The notes under the pieces: model-generated
The model's input: the letters and a program-made list of their open reading frames with translations, nothing else
Told to the model about the DNA's origin: nothing
Databases searched by the model: none
Program-made: the position numbers and the translations under genes
Part shown: piece by piece, positions 10,441 through 20,583 of the stretch
Position numbering within the stretch: position 1 is the stretch's first letter
Layout of the letters: every line of letters starts with the position of its first letter
Assembly: GCA_963847185.1 (NCBI GenBank)
Contig: CAWJYV010000008.1
Coordinates: 1,056,001-1,120,000, forward strand
Direction: 5' to 3'
Length of the DNA: 64,000 nt
Origin: an uncultured Methanosarcinaceae archaeon
GTDB taxonomy: Archaea; Halobacteriota; Methanosarcinia; Methanosarcinales; Methanosarcinaceae

Positions 10441-11597
10441 AATGGCCTGAGTTTAAAATTGCTTTTGTGGTGCTCCTGGCCCTGACCTTATGTACAGCCC
10501 CGGCCTCCGCAGGCAGTGCAGAAAGGGTTCTTCCTTCTTCGGTTAACGCCAATGAACAGTTCCAAGTAACTATCAATGTTGCTGATTACGGTGCTGCCGG
10601 GCAGGTTCTTGAAAAGCTTCCTGAAGGTTTCACTTTTATCGGCTCAACCCTTCCTGAAGGAGCAACATCTGTAAATGGCAATGAGGTTTCTTTCATACTA
10701 ATGAGTGAAAAAAGCTTCGGTTACACTCTTAAAGCTCCTGCCTCAGGTGGGACATACAAATTTAGTGGAATTTTGAGAGACATAAACAAAAATGAATTTT
10801 CAATTATCCCTGCTACTTCTTCAATTGAAGTAAAGGGAGCTTCGAGCGGCTCAAGCGGAAGTTCAGGCGGAAGTTCGGGCGGAAGCTCGGGTGGAAGTTC
10901 AGGTGGAAGTTCAGGTGGAAGCTCAGGCGGCGGTGCAGCCGGGGGTTCCCCAGAACCTCAGAGCAATGTGGAAGCTAAGGAAATTTCCCAGGCAGTAGTT
11001 AATAAAGGAACACATGTAACATTCGAGTTTCCAAAGAACGCAACCTGTGTAAAATATGTAGGATTTGATGCCAAGAAAACTCTCGGAAAAATCACAACAA
11101 TTGTCGAGATGCTAAAAGGTCAGTCCAAACTTATTTCTAGCCTGCCTGAAGGCACAGTTTATAAAAATGTTAATATCTGGGTAGGTTCAGGAGGAATAGC
11201 AAACTCTGACAATATCGAAAATGCAGTTATCGGATTTAAGGTCGAAAAATCCTGGATCGAGAAAAATGGAATCGATATATCCTGTCTGGCTCTCTGGTAC
11301 TACAATGAGGCATGGAGTAAACTTGAAACCAAAAAAATGAGTGAAGATGACACTTACATTTACTTTGAAGCAAAAACCTCGGGTTTCGGTCACTTCGTTA
11401 TTGTTGAGAGCAAAGATAAAAAGGCTTCCGATTCGGTAGAAATTACACCATCTACTCAAGAAGACTCAAAATCCAACCTCGCTTCAGATTCAGAAAAATC
11501 ATCCGAAGATGACTCGAGCTTTTTGCCTGGATTTGAGTCCGCAGCAGCAATTGGAATTATCGGAACTGCATATTGCATATTGAGAAGGAAACTGTAA
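10437..11597 (+). CDS. PGF-pre-PGF domain surface protein with N-terminal cohesin-like beta-sandwich, Gly/Ser linker and PGF-CTERM
   Basis: ATGA overlap with the upstream stop; GGSPEPQSNVEAKE...YFEAKTSGFGHF (PGF-pre-PGF); LPGF-TM-RRKL sorting signal. Confidence 0.9.
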   Translation: MKWPEFKIAFVVLLALTLCTAPASAGSAERVLPSSVNANEQFQVTINVADYGAAGQVLEKLPEGFTFIGSTLPEGATSVNGNEVSFILMSEKSFGYTLKAPASGGTYKFSGILRDINKNEFSIIPATSSIEVKGASSGSSGSSGGSSGGSSGGSSGGSSGGSSGGGAAGGSPEPQSNVEAKEISQAVVNKGTHVTFEFPKNATCVKYVGFDAKKTLGKITTIVEMLKGQSKLISSLPEGTVYKNVNIWVGSGGIANSDNIENAVIGFKVEKSWIEKNGIDISCLALWYYNEAWSKLETKKMSEDDTYIYFEAKTSGFGHFVIVESKDKKASDSVEITPSTQEDSKSNLASDSEKSSEDDSSFLPGFESAAAIGIIGTAYCILRRKL

Positions 11598-11614
11598 ATT
11601 GTGAAATAATTTTT

Positions 11615-11650
11615 TAAGCAACTTTAACAGTTGCTTATATTCTTATTTTT
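11615..11650 (+). terminator. Hairpin plus T-tract after the four-gene surface operon
   Basis: TAAGCAAC-N7-GTTGCTTA followed by T-rich sequence. Confidence 0.5.
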
Positions 11651-12461
11651 AAATTCCTGGTTCTGTAGAATCTTCAAAATATTCAAATAAATGTTACTTT
11701 GAACATTTTTGTATAATCTTCTGTATAAGATTTTGAAATATTTTCTCTTTTGTATTAAGGCCCTCCTAATTGCTTTCATTATTTTGGACTTAAATTATTC
11801 AGAATGCTGAATTTGAATTAAATTTAGAGTTTCAGGATAAATTAGTATCTTTCACAACTGTAAATGAAAATTTATAGATTATCTATTTTAGAAAAATTTA
11901 TATCAGTTGTCAAACAATCTTATTTATAATATCTTCACATAGGAACGTATAAATATACGTAACTTGTGTTTTAACTAAAAAATTATATCCAGTCGACCCT
12001 TTGGATTTGACAAATCTACCACTGAGTAGAAGTATATACCTTACACATTGGGCTGATTAATGGCATTGGTACAAGAATGGGGGGATAACTTTCCTGAGTG
12101 CTGTAAGCATCAATGAAAGTTACTATTTAGTGTACCAAAGTTAAAAATTACCATATTTCTTTCGTAAATGAGTTTAGAAGAGGCAGGGGGCTCTCTTATT
12201 GAAACTCTGAAAGGATTTTGATCTTTATAGCGCAACGAGGAGTGGGGTAAAAATGAATTCATAACTGAGTTTGGCAATCTAACGTTTATTTTATTTAAAA
12301 TATGAAAAGCAAATATGCCCAACTTTTTATGTTTTTTAATAACCTAAGACTTCATTTGAAACTGATCCTGCTCATTGACTTTAGAATATTATTGAAAACA
12401 AATTATATTGAACATTTTAAGCGGAGTAAAATTGGACATTTGCTAAATCTAGGTGCAAAAC

Positions 12462-14951
12462 ATGAGACAAAAATCAGTACCATTTAGCCTGCTATTAATT
12501 ATATCACTTTTAGCATGGACAGCAAATGCGGGTATAGATGAAAACGTTTCAGAAGAAAATTTTATAGAAGAAGGCATTTCTGAAGAGGATATTTCTGAAG
12601 AGGATATTTCTGAAGAGGATATTTCTGAAGAGGATATTTCTGAAGAAGATACACCTGAAGAAGATATGTCTGAAGAAGATATTTCTGAAGAGGATATTTC
12701 TGAAGAGGATATTTCTGAAGAGGATATTTCTGAAGAGGATACATTTGAAGAAGATAACACAAAAGAGATTGTAGAAATATCCTACAACGCATCGGGTCCT
12801 TTCAAGATGGAGAATGTTGTAGGTATCACCGCAACTTTCAGTAAACCCGTTTCTCTTGCAACATTAACAGTTAATGATGACTCTTCTTCTCCTATTGACA
12901 TGGTCAGTATAAACGATACAGTCTGGTATTGCGAGTATGTGGTGGTTCCTGATGAAGTTAATGATCCAGTAGATGTATTCATATCTGCAGTTGACAAAGA
13001 CGAAAACAGTATCGATGGAACTGATGCTGAAGCTTTTGTGATTGATAATACAGCTCCGGAACTTACCCTGAATGAACCTGAGTTAAAATCTGACAACACA
13101 AATCGTGTAGTTGTCGGTACAAACGATGTTGTTTTCAACTTCAGTGCTTCCGATAATTTCGATGACAGCATAAGTTATACTTTCTACTTCAATGGTACAG
13201 AGATTGATACCGGAGAACTGAATCGAGAAGAATGTAAATTAGTAGAGCTTAATAATTTGGATGAAGGATATTACACATGGGAAGTCAAACTCGAAGACGA
13301 CTTAGGGAATGCATGTTCCAGTGGTGTTGTTGATCTGTATGTGGATACAGAAGATCCAGAAGTGACACTTATTTCCCCAGAAGATCACCTTATTGATACA
13401 GGAGACTGCCTTAATCTTAGTTTTACTGCAAAAGACGATTTTACAGATCAGTATAAAGACCTGAAACTTTATTATGACTTATCCATTGATGGAGAGCTTG
13501 TTGAAGAACAGAGTTCGGTAGAGATGCGCCCCTGGCAGTATATACAGGTCCCATGCAGTGACCTTAAAAATGGAGCTCATGAATGGTCTGTTGATATTTA
13601 TGATGATGCAGGAAACAACGTTACGAGTGAAACTCGGTACATATATGTAGACGAGGAAGATCTTAGAGTTTTGCTCATTTCTCCGGATGGTGGATACGCT
13701 TCAGCAAATACAACATTTAAATTCAGAGTCTCAGGCGGAGCAAAGATGCCTTTCGACTACAAACTGCTCATTAACGGCGAAGAAGTAGAGAGCAGAATTT
13801 GCGAAGAAGATACCATTTCAGAAGATGAGGAAGAAGACGTTTCAGAAGATGAGGGAGAAGAAGACATTTCAGAAGATGGGGGAGAAGACTTTTCAGAAGA
13901 CGAGGGAGAAGAAGACGATAACATTTTTGAAGAAGGAGAAAATACACTTTTCTTGGGAGAAGAGTCTACAAATTATTATACTTTAGAAGCTGAAGTGCCT
14001 GACGGGGATGGTATAGAATGGACAGTACTTATTACTGACTGTACAGGCGATACCTATCAACCTGATCCATACTATTTCTCTCTGGATACTGAGGCTCCTG
14101 AGCGTGTAGCAAACCTGAGTATAATAAATGTGGCAGGCGAGACTGAGTGGGATGATTCCGATCGTCCCAGACTGTACGTTGGCTGGGATGAAAATACTGA
14201 AGATGATCTTTCCTCGATGCTTTATGAGGTTTTTGTTAATAACTTTGCACCTTCATCTCTCGAAGATATGGAAAAAATTGGGTCTACATCTGATACGAGT
14301 TTCTATATTGATGAATACGGAGGAGAGCCTCTTGCAGACGGTAAAGAGTATTGGGTGGCCGTTATTGCTCGGGACAACGCAGGAAATTACAACAATTGTT
14401 TTGTTTCCATTTATGGCCCTGTTCAGATATGTGGAGATGTGAAATCAGAAAGTGTAGAGAATTTAATTTCAGATACAAATTCCGGAATTTTGACAGGAAC
14501 CGAAAGTGAAGATGTAAATACCGGAAGTTTAAATGATTCAATTTCGAATACAAATTCCGAGCTTTTAGAGGAAGAGGAATTATCAGAAAGTTCAAATGAC
14601 TCAGCTTCAAACACAAGTTCCGGAATTTTGACAGAAACTGAATTATCGGGAAATTTGAGTGATTTAACTTCAAACACAAATTATGAATTTTTGGCTGAAG
14701 ACGAAAATTCGGAAAATCTAAGAGAGAAATTCAGTACAGGGATCCTCAGAAGTATAATTCCTCAAGTGAATAAAACATCTCTAAAGACTGTGAATAAAAA
14801 TTCACTGGCTAAGAATCAGGCATCGGAATACGCAGAAGATCCTGCTGGACCAAAAAGTGCTCCAGGTTTCCATATAATTTGTTCAGCTATGAGCATCCTT
14901 CTGCTTGCCTTCTGGTTAAATCTCAAGAGGAAAACGGGTAGAAAGCTCTGA
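12462..14951 (+). CDS. Acidic Ig/FN3-like surface protein, paralog of 6347-9058, with PGF-CTERM anchor
   Basis: Co-linear motifs shared with the 6347 gene (GPFKM, DLYVDT, GAHxWSV, SGGA, PYYFSLDT, YWVAVIARD); APGF-TM-KRKTGRKL tail; shared upstream ATCTAGGTGCARAACATG. Confidence 0.88.
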   Translation: MRQKSVPFSLLLIISLLAWTANAGIDENVSEENFIEEGISEEDISEEDISEEDISEEDISEEDTPEEDMSEEDISEEDISEEDISEEDISEEDTFEEDNTKEIVEISYNASGPFKMENVVGITATFSKPVSLATLTVNDDSSSPIDMVSINDTVWYCEYVVVPDEVNDPVDVFISAVDKDENSIDGTDAEAFVIDNTAPELTLNEPELKSDNTNRVVVGTNDVVFNFSASDNFDDSISYTFYFNGTEIDTGELNREECKLVELNNLDEGYYTWEVKLEDDLGNACSSGVVDLYVDTEDPEVTLISPEDHLIDTGDCLNLSFTAKDDFTDQYKDLKLYYDLSIDGELVEEQSSVEMRPWQYIQVPCSDLKNGAHEWSVDIYDDAGNNVTSETRYIYVDEEDLRVLLISPDGGYASANTTFKFRVSGGAKMPFDYKLLINGEEVESRICEEDTISEDEEEDVSEDEGEEDISEDGGEDFSEDEGEEDDNIFEEGENTLFLGEESTNYYTLEAEVPDGDGIEWTVLITDCTGDTYQPDPYYFSLDTEAPERVANLSIINVAGETEWDDSDRPRLYVGWDENTEDDLSSMLYEVFVNNFAPSSLEDMEKIGSTSDTSFYIDEYGGEPLADGKEYWVAVIARDNAGNYNNCFVSIYGPVQICGDVKSESVENLISDTNSGILTGTESEDVNTGSLNDSISNTNSELLEEEELSESSNDSASNTSSGILTETELSGNLSDLTSNTNYEFLAEDENSENLREKFSTGILRSIIPQVNKTSLKTVNKNSLAKNQASEYAEDPAGPKSAPGFHIICSAMSILLLAFWLNLKRKTGRKL
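12576..12750 (+). repeat. In-frame 15-bp VNTR encoding (EEDIS)n
   Basis: ATTTCTGAAGAGGAT repeated about 11 times. Confidence 0.9.
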
Positions 14952-15005
14952 TGAGTTTTTTCAATTACTATGAGAGTCTTTGATTCTGTATTGTAATCAA
15001 AACCG

Positions 15006-15118
15006 TTTTTCTCATTTCTATTTTTCTCATTTCTATTTTTCTCATTTCTATTTTTCTCATTTCTATTTTTCTCATTTCTATTTTTCTCATTTCTATTTTT
15101 CTCATTTCTATTTTTCTC
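15006..15118. repeat. 15-bp tandem repeat (TTTTTCTCATTTCTA x7.5) between convergent genes
   Basis: Perfect copies directly visible. Confidence 0.95.
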
Positions 15119-15156
15119 TTTTTAAAGTTCCATTTTTTCAAAGTAATTTAACAATA

Positions 15157-16890
15157 TTAGATTTTGATAAACCTGAGTATTTTTTCTCCTTCGCTTATCC
15201 GTCTGAGAAAATCCTCCTTGTCAGTATATGTGACTCCTGTGATTACCGAATCAGCTGCTTTTCTGCCAAGTCCTGGAAGTTCCCGGATAAGGGCAGGAGA
15301 AGTCGTATTAATAGGCAAAGGATAAGGAATACCTGTAATCGAGCGCATTCCATGCCCTGTGATAGTGACATCAGTAAATTTTCTCAAAGGTATTGAAGCA
15401 GGAATTCCTACAAGCAGAGGGTATGAACCAAGCTGTCTTCCGAAAGTAACCCCCTTTTCGTGCACCTCACACATGACATCCCTGAGTATTGTACCTTCGG
15501 GCACTACCCGCTTCAGCATTGGAAGATCAATGGTCTTCCTAACCTTTTCCTTATATTCCAGAAAGAATTTCTTGTGTTTTGTGATTGCTTCGTCCCTTCC
15601 GTACATGGGGGTGCCTGGAAAAGCCATGACCTGACGAATGTTGATTCTGCGCAGGAGTAAATCCGAATCAAACACATGCTTCAGAAAATCATAGTTAAGC
15701 TGGAAAGTTTTTTTAGATTCACCCATTAAACCGTGTACGAAATTAATTCCGGGAAGAATCTCAGGAAGCCCGTTTGACCCTCTAATGGCTCCAAACCTGT
15801 TTACAAGTTTAATTGCCTCAAATACTTCCTCAGGACTGGCCTTCAGGGAATTTGCTGCAATTACCTTAGGGTCGGCGCTTTCCATTCCAAAGGCCGTCAC
15901 ATCCCCTGATGTGTGATATTTAATTATTGTTTTGAGGATCTTTTCCGACTCCTCAGAGTAAACTGCAAGTGTTATAGGGTTTGCATTATCCATATGAAGC
16001 ACGGAGAGTTCAGGGGCAGAGTTCCGAATTCCCCTGTAGAGCCTTTCAATAGCTTCAGGATTAGGTTTTGGCACAGGTCCGCCGACATCTTTTCCATGAT
16101 AGGAAAAAAGATCAGGCTGCCTTCCTATCCTGAAATAGCGAGCTCCATAGGAATAAAGTGCAGAGGCTTCGCAGACGACATCTTCCACAGGCCTGTAATC
16201 AGAAACTCCGTAGAAGGGTTCTGTACAGAAAGAGCAATGGACCTGCCTGCCGCATCCTCTGTAGGTTTCAAGCTCACACATACAGTAAGGGTAATCCGGG
16301 TGCTGCCTTATCAAAAAAGCCCCTTTATGCCCCCAGCGTCCGATTTCGGCTGTTGTCCTTAAACGATGTTCAATAGTTTCCGGATTTCTTACTCCCAAAG
16401 GTAATCCTTCACTTCCTCCAGTTCCCCTCTCCAAAAGATCATACACAAAAGCTTCAAGATCCATCCTGGCAAGCATTGCACCTTCAAGACTAACTCCACA
16501 GTCGATTCCCTGCGCTGCCCTCCCGCCTTCACTACTGAAACCAAGCCTTATAGGACCGCCTATAACTTTTACCCCACCTGCAGCCCGAAAAATTGTCTCA
16601 ATTTCTCCAGGGGTTATCGGAGAAGCCCGAAGGTATTTACCTGGTACGGTCATACCTGCAATGACGATCAGAAGGTCTGCTTTTCCTACAAGTTCCCCGG
16701 CACCAGGCGGATTTTCCCTCAGAGAATCAATAGTAAGGTAATGAATATCTTTTTCGAAAAGTCCGCGCTCCCTGAGGGCGCCTGCTATGTATCGCGGATA
16801 AGGAGAAAGGTAAGGAGGAACTCCAAGACAGGCAGGTTCATCTACATAACCGTCAACAATGAGTGCTTTCATGTAAATTCTCGTTTCCAT
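15157..16890 (-). CDS. Radical SAM protein with B12-binding-like N-terminus, TRAM-like region and C-terminal helix-hairpin-helix
   Basis: DGYVDEPACLGVPPY; ELETYRGCGRQVHCSFC; FGRQLGSYPLLVG; INT...ELPGLG HhH. Confidence 0.85.
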   Translation of the reverse strand: METRIYMKALIVDGYVDEPACLGVPPYLSPYPRYIAGALRERGLFEKDIHYLTIDSLRENPPGAGELVGKADLLIVIAGMTVPGKYLRASPITPGEIETIFRAAGGVKVIGGPIRLGFSSEGGRAAQGIDCGVSLEGAMLARMDLEAFVYDLLERGTGGSEGLPLGVRNPETIEHRLRTTAEIGRWGHKGAFLIRQHPDYPYCMCELETYRGCGRQVHCSFCTEPFYGVSDYRPVEDVVCEASALYSYGARYFRIGRQPDLFSYHGKDVGGPVPKPNPEAIERLYRGIRNSAPELSVLHMDNANPITLAVYSEESEKILKTIIKYHTSGDVTAFGMESADPKVIAANSLKASPEEVFEAIKLVNRFGAIRGSNGLPEILPGINFVHGLMGESKKTFQLNYDFLKHVFDSDLLLRRINIRQVMAFPGTPMYGRDEAITKHKKFFLEYKEKVRKTIDLPMLKRVVPEGTILRDVMCEVHEKGVTFGRQLGSYPLLVGIPASIPLRKFTDVTITGHGMRSITGIPYPLPINTTSPALIRELPGLGRKAADSVITGVTYTDKEDFLRRISEGEKILRFIKI

Positions 16891-17059
16891 TTATTTGATT
16901 ACTGAAGATGGTATAGATTGCAGCTGAATATTAAATTGAAGGTGCTCGTGAAGGTATTGAAACTCCCGGATACCACAAGTGAGAAATGAAGAGGTAAATC
17001 AAGAGAAACAAATTAAGAAGAGAGAACTCAAGAGAAAGAAAAAATATAAAAATAATCAG

Positions 17060-17133
17060 GGCCGGGACCGAGAATCGAACTCGGGTCGTAGCCTCCACAG
17101 GGCCACAGGATGGACCTCTACCCTACCCCGGCC
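17060..17133 (-). tRNA. tRNA-His(GTG) with genome-encoded G-1
   Basis: Reverse complement GGCCGGGGTAGGGTAGAGG...CTGTGGA...GTTCGATTC...TCCCGGCC; C73 discriminator. Confidence 0.93.
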
Positions 17134-17298
17134 ACAGGGTCTGGTACTTCAGGTTTGAAGCAAGCTATAGAAGGAGTTTTTTTATATAAAGTTTTTGCCG
17201 GAAGGAGCAGGGAACCCTCCCCTATGGAAGGAAAATTTCTGTATTCCGGCAGAAGGGATACGTTAAATCCGGTTTAAAGCGTTTCCTGGACTACTAAA

Positions 17299-18081
17299 TC
17301 AGAGTTTTTTGAGCCTGTCAATAGCCAGTTTTGCAGCCTTTTCACCTGAAAGAAGCATGCCTCCAAAGACAGGACCCATCCTCGGAGCGCAGGTTGCGGC
17401 GTTTGCAGCCATACCCGCAACGATCAAACCCGGATAGATCTCCTGAGTTGCGTCAACAGCCAGGCGCTCGCCAACTTCTGACCACATAGGTTTTTCTCCG
17501 AGCTTCCCAAGCTCCCCTATCTTTGCGTTCGGGATTTTTCTGAGAATCGTATTGCAGACAGTTGCATCATGCCCTGTCCCATCAATTACGAGTTTTGTGC
17601 GAATCATAAGAGGGTCCACATGCAGGCGCTGAGCTGAAACAGGCCCCCAGTTAATGACAATTCCTGTAACTCTGTCATTTTCCCGAATCATGACGTCTTC
17701 AAAGCTCACAAGGTTAAAGACCTCAGCTCCCGCAGATGTTGCACCTGCAATCAGCTTCCCGACAGATTCCACAGAGTTGGCAACATAGTACCCTGGTTGA
17801 TACTCTTTATATCTGATTCCGAAATCATCCAGAATATGGAGAGCAGCTTCCTGCACAACAATGCGAGGGAACATCATTCCCCCTGCCCACATGCCGCCCC
17901 CGAGGGATAACTTCTGCTCATAAATAGCAACCTTTACCCCTGTCTCTGCCAGATACTTTGCAGCCACCAGATTTGCAGGCCCTCCTCCTACAAGCGCCAC
18001 ATCAATGTCCGTATATTCAAGAAAGGTTTTAGAATACTCATCAAAAATTGCCCGTGTGATTATGACTTCGTCGAGTTCCAT
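17299..18081 (-). CDS. thi4: Sulfide-dependent adenosine diphosphate thiazole synthase
   Basis: VGGGPANL, GGGMWAGGM, HVDP (His rather than Cys), PRMGPVFGGMLLSG. Confidence 0.95.
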   Translation of the reverse strand: MELDEVIITRAIFDEYSKTFLEYTDIDVALVGGGPANLVAAKYLAETGVKVAIYEQKLSLGGGMWAGGMMFPRIVVQEAALHILDDFGIRYKEYQPGYYVANSVESVGKLIAGATSAGAEVFNLVSFEDVMIRENDRVTGIVINWGPVSAQRLHVDPLMIRTKLVIDGTGHDATVCNTILRKIPNAKIGELGKLGEKPMWSEVGERLAVDATQEIYPGLIVAGMAANAATCAPRMGPVFGGMLLSGEKAAKLAIDRLKKL

Positions 18082-18378
18082 TTTAATCTCTCATAAAGCT
18101 TCTATGGTTGAAAATCCGGGAAAAACAGCCCGATCTTTTCAGAAGTAAATCGGGGAATTGTTAACCCTGGACAGAAGTATTGAAATTCACATTTTGATAA
18201 GGTGCATTGTTTTTAAAGTTGTTGGAAAATGATGGGAAGGAAGAGAGGAATAAAGAAAGATAACTTTACTCCAAAAAACATCAGAAACATAGGTAAAAGG
18301 CTTCGGCTAAATAAAGTTCCCTAATTCAAAGCTGTATGCTCCAAAATAGAAGTAAAGATATAAATTTTCACCAAAAGA

Positions 18379-18556
18379 TAGTCCTCTTAAGCGAAGCAAA
18401 AGTGGCCCGTGCTGTTGTGATTAAATCGCAACTCCCAGAAAATCTCCGATTTTCTGTGATCCCGAAGCGAAACTCGGGATTCTAAGCCATAAACCAGTCT
18501 GCTTGAGCGAGCGAAGCGAGTGAAACGGACGGCGGGCTCCCGAATCGCAATTCGGG
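18379..18556. repeat. Dispersed GC-rich palindromic repeat, copy A
   Basis: Co-linear with 50983-51233; internal hairpins such as ATCCCGAAGCGAAACTCGGGAT. Confidence 0.8.
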
Positions 18557-18617
18557 AAAGAAAAAAGAGAGGCTTTATAGAATTTAGCCTCTTCATAAAG
18601 AATTTCTAAATTAAATT

Positions 18618-19394
18618 TTACTGCTCAGCCTGTCCACCATTGTTAAAGAACATGGTGTCGCCTTCACTGGAATACAGGACAAGCTGGCTGTCCTTCATAG
18701 TTGCTGATTTTACACCTGTGATAAGCGATGTGTATTCAGGGTCCATGGAATCAGGCCCGCATGCCACAAGTGTCATTGTAGCTGTGTTAAGAGTCAAATC
18801 GTTTCCTTCCAGAATATAGCTCCCGCTGCCACTATTGCAGTCTGTTTTTAGGTAGTATGTACCGTCAGATGAGAGGGAAAGAGTGTACAGTTCAGGGTTA
18901 GATACCTGAATGTTCTCGCCAGCATGCTCATAACCAGTCCACAGCCATTTGACACCGATAATACTGTCAGCAGAAACTGGATCAAGCTGCTGAGAGGTAT
19001 TTTCAGAAGATCCGGATTCAGAGGAACTGCCGCTAGAAGAGCCAGACTCAGAAGAACCATCATTTGAAGAGCTAGATCCAGAGGAACTACCACTAGAAGA
19101 GCTAGACTCAGAAGAACCCTCATTTGAAGAGACAGATTGAGAAGAAGTATTATTCACAGATTCAGGTCTTACAGATGTATTGTTTACAGATTCAGACTGT
19201 AGAGATGTATTGTTTACAGATTCAGACTGTAGAGATGTATTGTTTACAGATTCAGGCTGTACAGATGTATTATTTACTACAGGCTTTGAAACATTCTCTC
19301 CCTGTTCAGTACAGCCAAGCGAAAAAGAATACACGGTTATAACCCCTATAGCCAGGAGTAAAACCAGACCTATTGACATGTTTTTAACTTTCAT
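18618..19394 (-). CDS. META (HslJ-like) domain lipoprotein with N-glycosylation-sequon and Ser-rich linker
   Basis: LGC lipobox; repeated SVNNTS; DCNSGSGSY...TMTLVAC META motif. Confidence 0.88.
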   Translation of the reverse strand: MKVKNMSIGLVLLLAIGVITVYSFSLGCTEQGENVSKPVVNNTSVQPESVNNTSLQSESVNNTSLQSESVNNTSVRPESVNNTSSQSVSSNEGSSESSSSSGSSSGSSSSNDGSSESGSSSGSSSESGSSENTSQQLDPVSADSIIGVKWLWTGYEHAGENIQVSNPELYTLSLSSDGTYYLKTDCNSGSGSYILEGNDLTLNTATMTLVACGPDSMDPEYTSLITGVKSATMKDSQLVLYSSEGDTMFFNNGGQAEQ

Positions 19395-19660
19395 ATTAAC
19401 GCCTCATAAACTAAATGGTAATTTAACGACTTGTTTAAATATATCTTTTGTTTAAGCTGCAATTTGATTCGCAATTATCAGATCTGCCTTTATTTTTGCA
19501 TAAAATCTGCAGACAGATTTTGAAAATATCATAGAGAATTCTTATTGATCCCCCTAAAAAGAATTCTAATCAATCTTCTTAAAGGTCAAGTAATAAAAAT
19601 AAAACTATAAATTCCTTCTGTTTTTAATTTATATTCTGTCCTATTCGTACCTTATTTTAC

Positions 19661-20073
19661 TCAAATTTCATTTTTCACGTTCTTCCAGGATTCATATTTT
19701 ACTCTTATCTCGCTCAACCAGCTGGACACAGTTTCCCCAGAGATCTTCAAGCACAAAAAGTTTCCCCAGGGATCTTCAAGCACAAAAAGATTGTCTTCTG
19801 ACCTTGTAACAGGGCACTTCTCAATAAATGTTGCACCATTCTTTACAAGATAATCAACTATTCTTTCCATGTCTTCACCCTCCGGTGAAATATGAAACTG
19901 GAGATGATGAGTCATTTTCTCACAGAAGGAAGAAATACCTGGAAGCTTCCCCAGTTCCAGCATGACCCTATCTTCAGAGTTTAAGAAAAAGCCACTGCTT
20001 TTTCACTGTGATGGACCTTTTTGATGGAAAAAAGTCTTTACAGCTCCAACTTAGTTTTAAAATGAGAATTCAT
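19661..20073 (-). pseudogene. Decayed VOC/glyoxalase-family gene
   Basis: RVMLELGKLP...HHLQFHI...VLEDPWGN; stops in the 5' part; 29-bp tandem duplication at 19731-19788 shifts the frame. Confidence 0.65.
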
Positions 20074-20196
20074 GAGTCTTCAATGTATAACTTGAATTTT
20101 ATAATATAGAAATTAAGTTAAGGAAACAAGATTCCTATGCTTCTATAATTGACAAAATCAACCTTATTGATAAAAAAACAAATACTTTGGGGTAAG

Positions 20197-20405
20197 ATGA
20201 AAATAAGTGCATACAAGATCCTGAAAGGCAAATCAAAAAAGAATCCATGGATCTGTCAACTCGGAAGTGGTAGTTGAACTTCCGGGAGGGTGGGAATTGA
20301 CTCCATAATTACAAAAAGTTCTGCCGAAAGTATGAATTTGAAAGAAGGACACGAAGTATAATGCAGTAATATAAAGCAACCAGCATGATGTTAGCTTCGG
20401 AATAA
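20197..20405 (+). pseudogene. Frameshifted molybdate-binding Mop/TOBE-domain gene
   Basis: Frames piece together as MKISAYKILKGK / GSVNSEVVVELPGG / SIITKSSAESMNLKEGHEV / KATSMMLASE*. Confidence 0.8.
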
Positions 20406-20583
20406 TATATGGATTTTGCTACTATATTTTTTAGTTGATACGGCCTCACTATACTCAATAGAGATCTTCTGATAAATAGAAAAAGCAGAAAATAAGCTTT
20501 AATAGGCTTTAATAGATAGACAAAACCGAAAGGAAAGCTGTATATAAGACTGTTTGTAAATTATATCTATAGGGGGAGTTATT

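Noticed and set aside
14980-15396. ORF with FYFSH repeats
   Set aside because: Translation of a 15-bp non-coding repeat, overlapping the radical SAM gene in antisense
18387-18596. Small ORFs here and at 51071-51278 with similar translations
   Set aside because: They are translations of the dispersed repeat, with no RBS or conserved start and stop
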